Part shown: positions 62,088 through 64,000 of the stretch, piece by piece
Layout: each line of letters starts with the position of its first letter
How positions within the stretch are numbered: the first letter of the stretch is position 1
Source: Myxococcota bacterium
Lineage (GTDB): Bacteria > Myxococcota_A > UBA9042 > PHBI01 > JBMYRH01
Assembly: GCA_049602155.1 (NCBI GenBank)
Contig: JBMYRH010000009.1
Coordinates: 95,391 to 159,390, forward strand
Direction: 5' to 3'
DNA length: 64,000 nt
Notes under the pieces: model-generated
The model's input: only the letters and a program-made list of their open reading frames with translations
Database searches by the model: none
Told to the model about the DNA's origin: nothing
Program-made: the position numbers and the translations under genes

Positions 62088-63127
62088 AGCCCAGCGTCTC
62101 TGAGCTGCTCTACGAGGTCGCGCTGGGCCTTGTTTAGGCTCTTGGGGACCGCCAGGTTGACCTGCACGAAGTGGTCGCCTTGGCCTCGGCGCCCGATCTT
62201 CTCGATGCCGTGTCCGCGCAGGCGAACGACGGTGCCAGAGCGCGTCCCTTTGGGGACATCAAAGCTCTCATCGCCGTGGATGGTCGGGACGGTGATGTTG
62301 GCGCCGAGCAGCGCGTCGCTGATCGGGATCTCGATCTCGGAGTACACGTCGGCGCCGTCGCGCTGGAAGGTCTCGTGACCCGCGACTTGGATAAACACGT
62401 AGAGGTCGCCGCGACCGCCTGCTCCGCCTTCACCTTCGCCAGTGACCCGAAGCCGGTTGCCGTTGTCGACCCCCGGAGGGATGGTGACCGTGACCTTCCG
62501 CTCCACGTTTTGATGACCGGCCCCTCGGCACTCACCGCAGTGGTCCGTGATGATGCGCCCCGCACCTCGGCAGACCGGGCAGGTTGTCTGCACCATGAAG
62601 AAGCCCTGCTGCCGAGAGACTCGGCCGGACCCTTGGCAGCTCCCACAGGTCTTGGGTGTGGTCCCTGGTGCTGCCCCCGAGCCCTGGCAGGGTTCGCAAG
62701 ACTCTTGTCGCGGGAAGACGATCTCACGCTTGAGCCCGAAGGCGGCCTCTTCAAAGCTGAGCTCAAGGTCGTAGCGGAGATCTGACCCTCGCCGCGCGCG
62801 CTGGCGCCCGCCACCCCCGTTGAACCCCCCAAAGATGTCCCCGAAGATGTCCGAGAATTGTCCGAAGATGTCGTCGAAACCGCCACCGCCGCCACCGGCG
62901 CTCAGCCCCGCATGACCGTGGTGGTCGTAGATGCGTCGTTTTTCAGGATCAGAGAGTACCTGATACGCCTCTGAGGCCTGCTTGAAGAGCTCCTCAGCCT
63001 CGGCGTTGCCCTGATTGCGATCGGGGTGATGCTGCATCGCCAGCTTTCGGTAGGCGCGCTTGAGATCAGCGGCGTCTACATCGCGTGACACACCCAAGAC
63101 CTCGTAATAATCGGCCTTCGCGCTCAT
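62084..63127 (-). CDS. dnaJ: Molecular chaperone DnaJ.
   Basis: J-domain [11 protein letters not shown]...[13 protein letters not shown] (HPD motif), a G/F-rich region, four CxxCxGxG zinc-finger repeats ([32 protein letters not shown]), and a C-terminal substrate-binding domain. Confidence 0.95.
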   Translation of the reverse strand: MSAKADYYEVLGVSRDVDAADLKRAYRKLAMQHHPDRNQGNAEAEELFKQASEAYQVLSDPEKRRIYDHHGHAGLSAGGGGGGFDDIFGQFSDIFGDIFGGFNGGGGRQRARRGSDLRYDLELSFEEAAFGLKREIVFPRQESCEPCQGSGAAPGTTPKTCGSCQGSGRVSRQQGFFMVQTTCPVCRGAGRIITDHCGECRGAGHQNVERKVTVTIPPGVDNGNRLRVTGEGEGGAGGRGDLYVFIQVAGHETFQRDGADVYSEIEIPISDALLGANITVPTIHGDESFDVPKGTRSGTVVRLRGHGIEKIGRRGQGDHFVQVNLAVPKSLNKAQRDLVEQLRDAGL

Positions 63128-63148
63128 GTCGCTGTCTTCTGATCCATG

Positions 63149-63177
63149 GGGGACAACACCTGTCTCGCTCAGTGCCG
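63149..63177. promoter_or_regulatory. Inverted repeat CTCAGTGC-N13-GCACTGAG upstream of dnaJ, between the divergent dnaJ and lipoprotein genes; candidate operator.
   Basis: Seen directly. It does not match the CIRCE consensus (TTAGCACTC-N9-GAGTGCTAA). Confidence 0.3.
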
Positions 63178-63303
63178 CCGTATCGTATGCACTGAGGCCG
63201 GGGAATCAACCTCGGCGTGCGCCATCTCGCCGCGCGTGACACTCTGTGCATCGCTGTGGGTGCACCAATCGACTGCCTGCATTACACTGTCCCTCGTGTT
63301 CAC

Positions 63304-64000
63304 CATGCGCCTGACATTTCAATCCCCCGCGCTCTTCATGTGCGCCGCTGGATTTCTTCTCCTCTCCTCTGGATGCAGTCCGTCCGACTCGAATGGATCG
63401 GGCTCAGACGCGGTCCTCGACGTCGATCCCGGATCAGACATTGAGGCCAACGCGACTGACGACACTTCGTCCGATGGTGGTGTGCCGGGCGATGCGTCTG
63501 CGGACGCCGCTGTGACCGCAGACGTGGGACCCGCTGATACGGCGGCCCCTGACAGCACGGACGACGACGCCGGTTCGCCGGGCGATGACGCCTCGGACAG
63601 CGAGGTGAGCGCAGAGGACGTGGATCCCGGTGATGCTCAGGTCGACGATGCGACCGAGGATGTCGCCACGCCAGAGGACACGAGCACCCCTGACGAGGAC
63701 ACGGACGCTGAGGATGACGTCAGTGTGTCCGAGGACGTCGCCTCGCCAGAGGTCGAGTGCGAGTCGGACTCCGACTGTGACGCGGAGGTCTCTTGTGCAA
63801 CCCAGACCTGTGACCTGGCGACGGGGACGTGTCAGTCGGCACCGCATGCGGATGGCACACCGTGTGACGACGGGACAGTTTGCAGCGAGGCTGACACGTG
63901 CCAGGGGGGGGTGTGCTTGGGCGGTGTCGCCCTCGTGTGTGACGACGGGAACGTCTGCACCGACGACATCTGTGACCCTTCGACAGGGTGTGTCTACGCT
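63304..64000 (+). CDS. Acidic Cys-rich lipoprotein, partial; the 3' end runs off the window.
   Basis: ATG 63304. Lipoprotein signal MRLTFQSPALFMCAAGFLLLSSGCS. A ~130-aa D/E/S/T/A-rich low-complexity region is followed by Cys repeats CDLATGTC, CDDGTVCSEADTC, CDDGNVCTDDICD (the same repeat class as the 26405..30085 lipoprotein). The frame is open to position 64000. It is absent from the ORF track because it lacks a stop. Confidence 0.7.

Noticed and set aside
63149-63177. CIRCE (HrcA) operator upstream of dnaJ.
   Set aside because: The arms are CTCAGTGC/GCACTGAG with a 13-nt loop, not TTAGCACTC-N9-GAGTGCTAA. It is kept only as a generic inverted repeat.

Overview
The window is a 64-kb, high-GC (~65%) chromosomal segment that is densely coding on both strands. 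I inferred gene starts by hand, using GTG/TTG starts and 4-nt stop/start overlaps where they fit.

A Myxococcota-type (myxobacterial or Bradymonas-like) genome is inferred from three features:
- a MYXO-CTERM-like sorting tail on a subtilase
- an AgmX/GltJ-like gliding-motility protein
- many eukaryotic-like Ser/Thr kinases plus PP2C and FHA partners

Housekeeping content:
- A perfect consensus parS palindrome (TGTTTCACGTGAAACA) in a ~240-bp AT-rich island, directly upstream of parA-parB, which suggests an origin-proximal location.
- maeB, rlmD, a cysK-like gene, udk, truA, gshB, dapF, dnaJ and an isolated rplC.

Accessory-looking content:
- An operon tldD-like / PP2C / small Cys lipoprotein / Ser-Thr kinase.
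- A translationally coupled TamB-like (1467 aa) plus Omp85 (1168 aa) module, preceded by a 506-aa membrane protein.
- An 1120-aa kinase-NTPase-TPR (STAND-like) protein overlapping an HTH gene.
- The most unusual locus, at roughly 24.7-32.6 kb (minus strand): a ~1226-aa Cys-rich lipoprotein with two CBM20/48-like modules, repeated GC/GT Cys modules and a C-terminal amicyanin-like cupredoxin domain. It is flanked by a His-rich YXWGXW-repeat periplasmic protein and a GT-C-type membrane glycosyltransferase.
- An S8 protease with FG-GAP repeats and a MYXO-CTERM tail.
- A secreted protein with a CFIATAAYGS motif translationally coupled to a small outer-membrane beta-barrel.
- An ArsA-like ATPase, an FHA protein, a 1347-aa TPR/HEAT protein and a DUF4388/J-like protein.
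- Three acidic Cys-rich lipoproteins that share a CDDGN(P/V)CTxDxC repeat.

No rRNA, tRNA, CRISPR array, transposase or integrase was recognised. Many ORFs in the supplied track are Arg/Pro-rich antisense shadows and were discarded.
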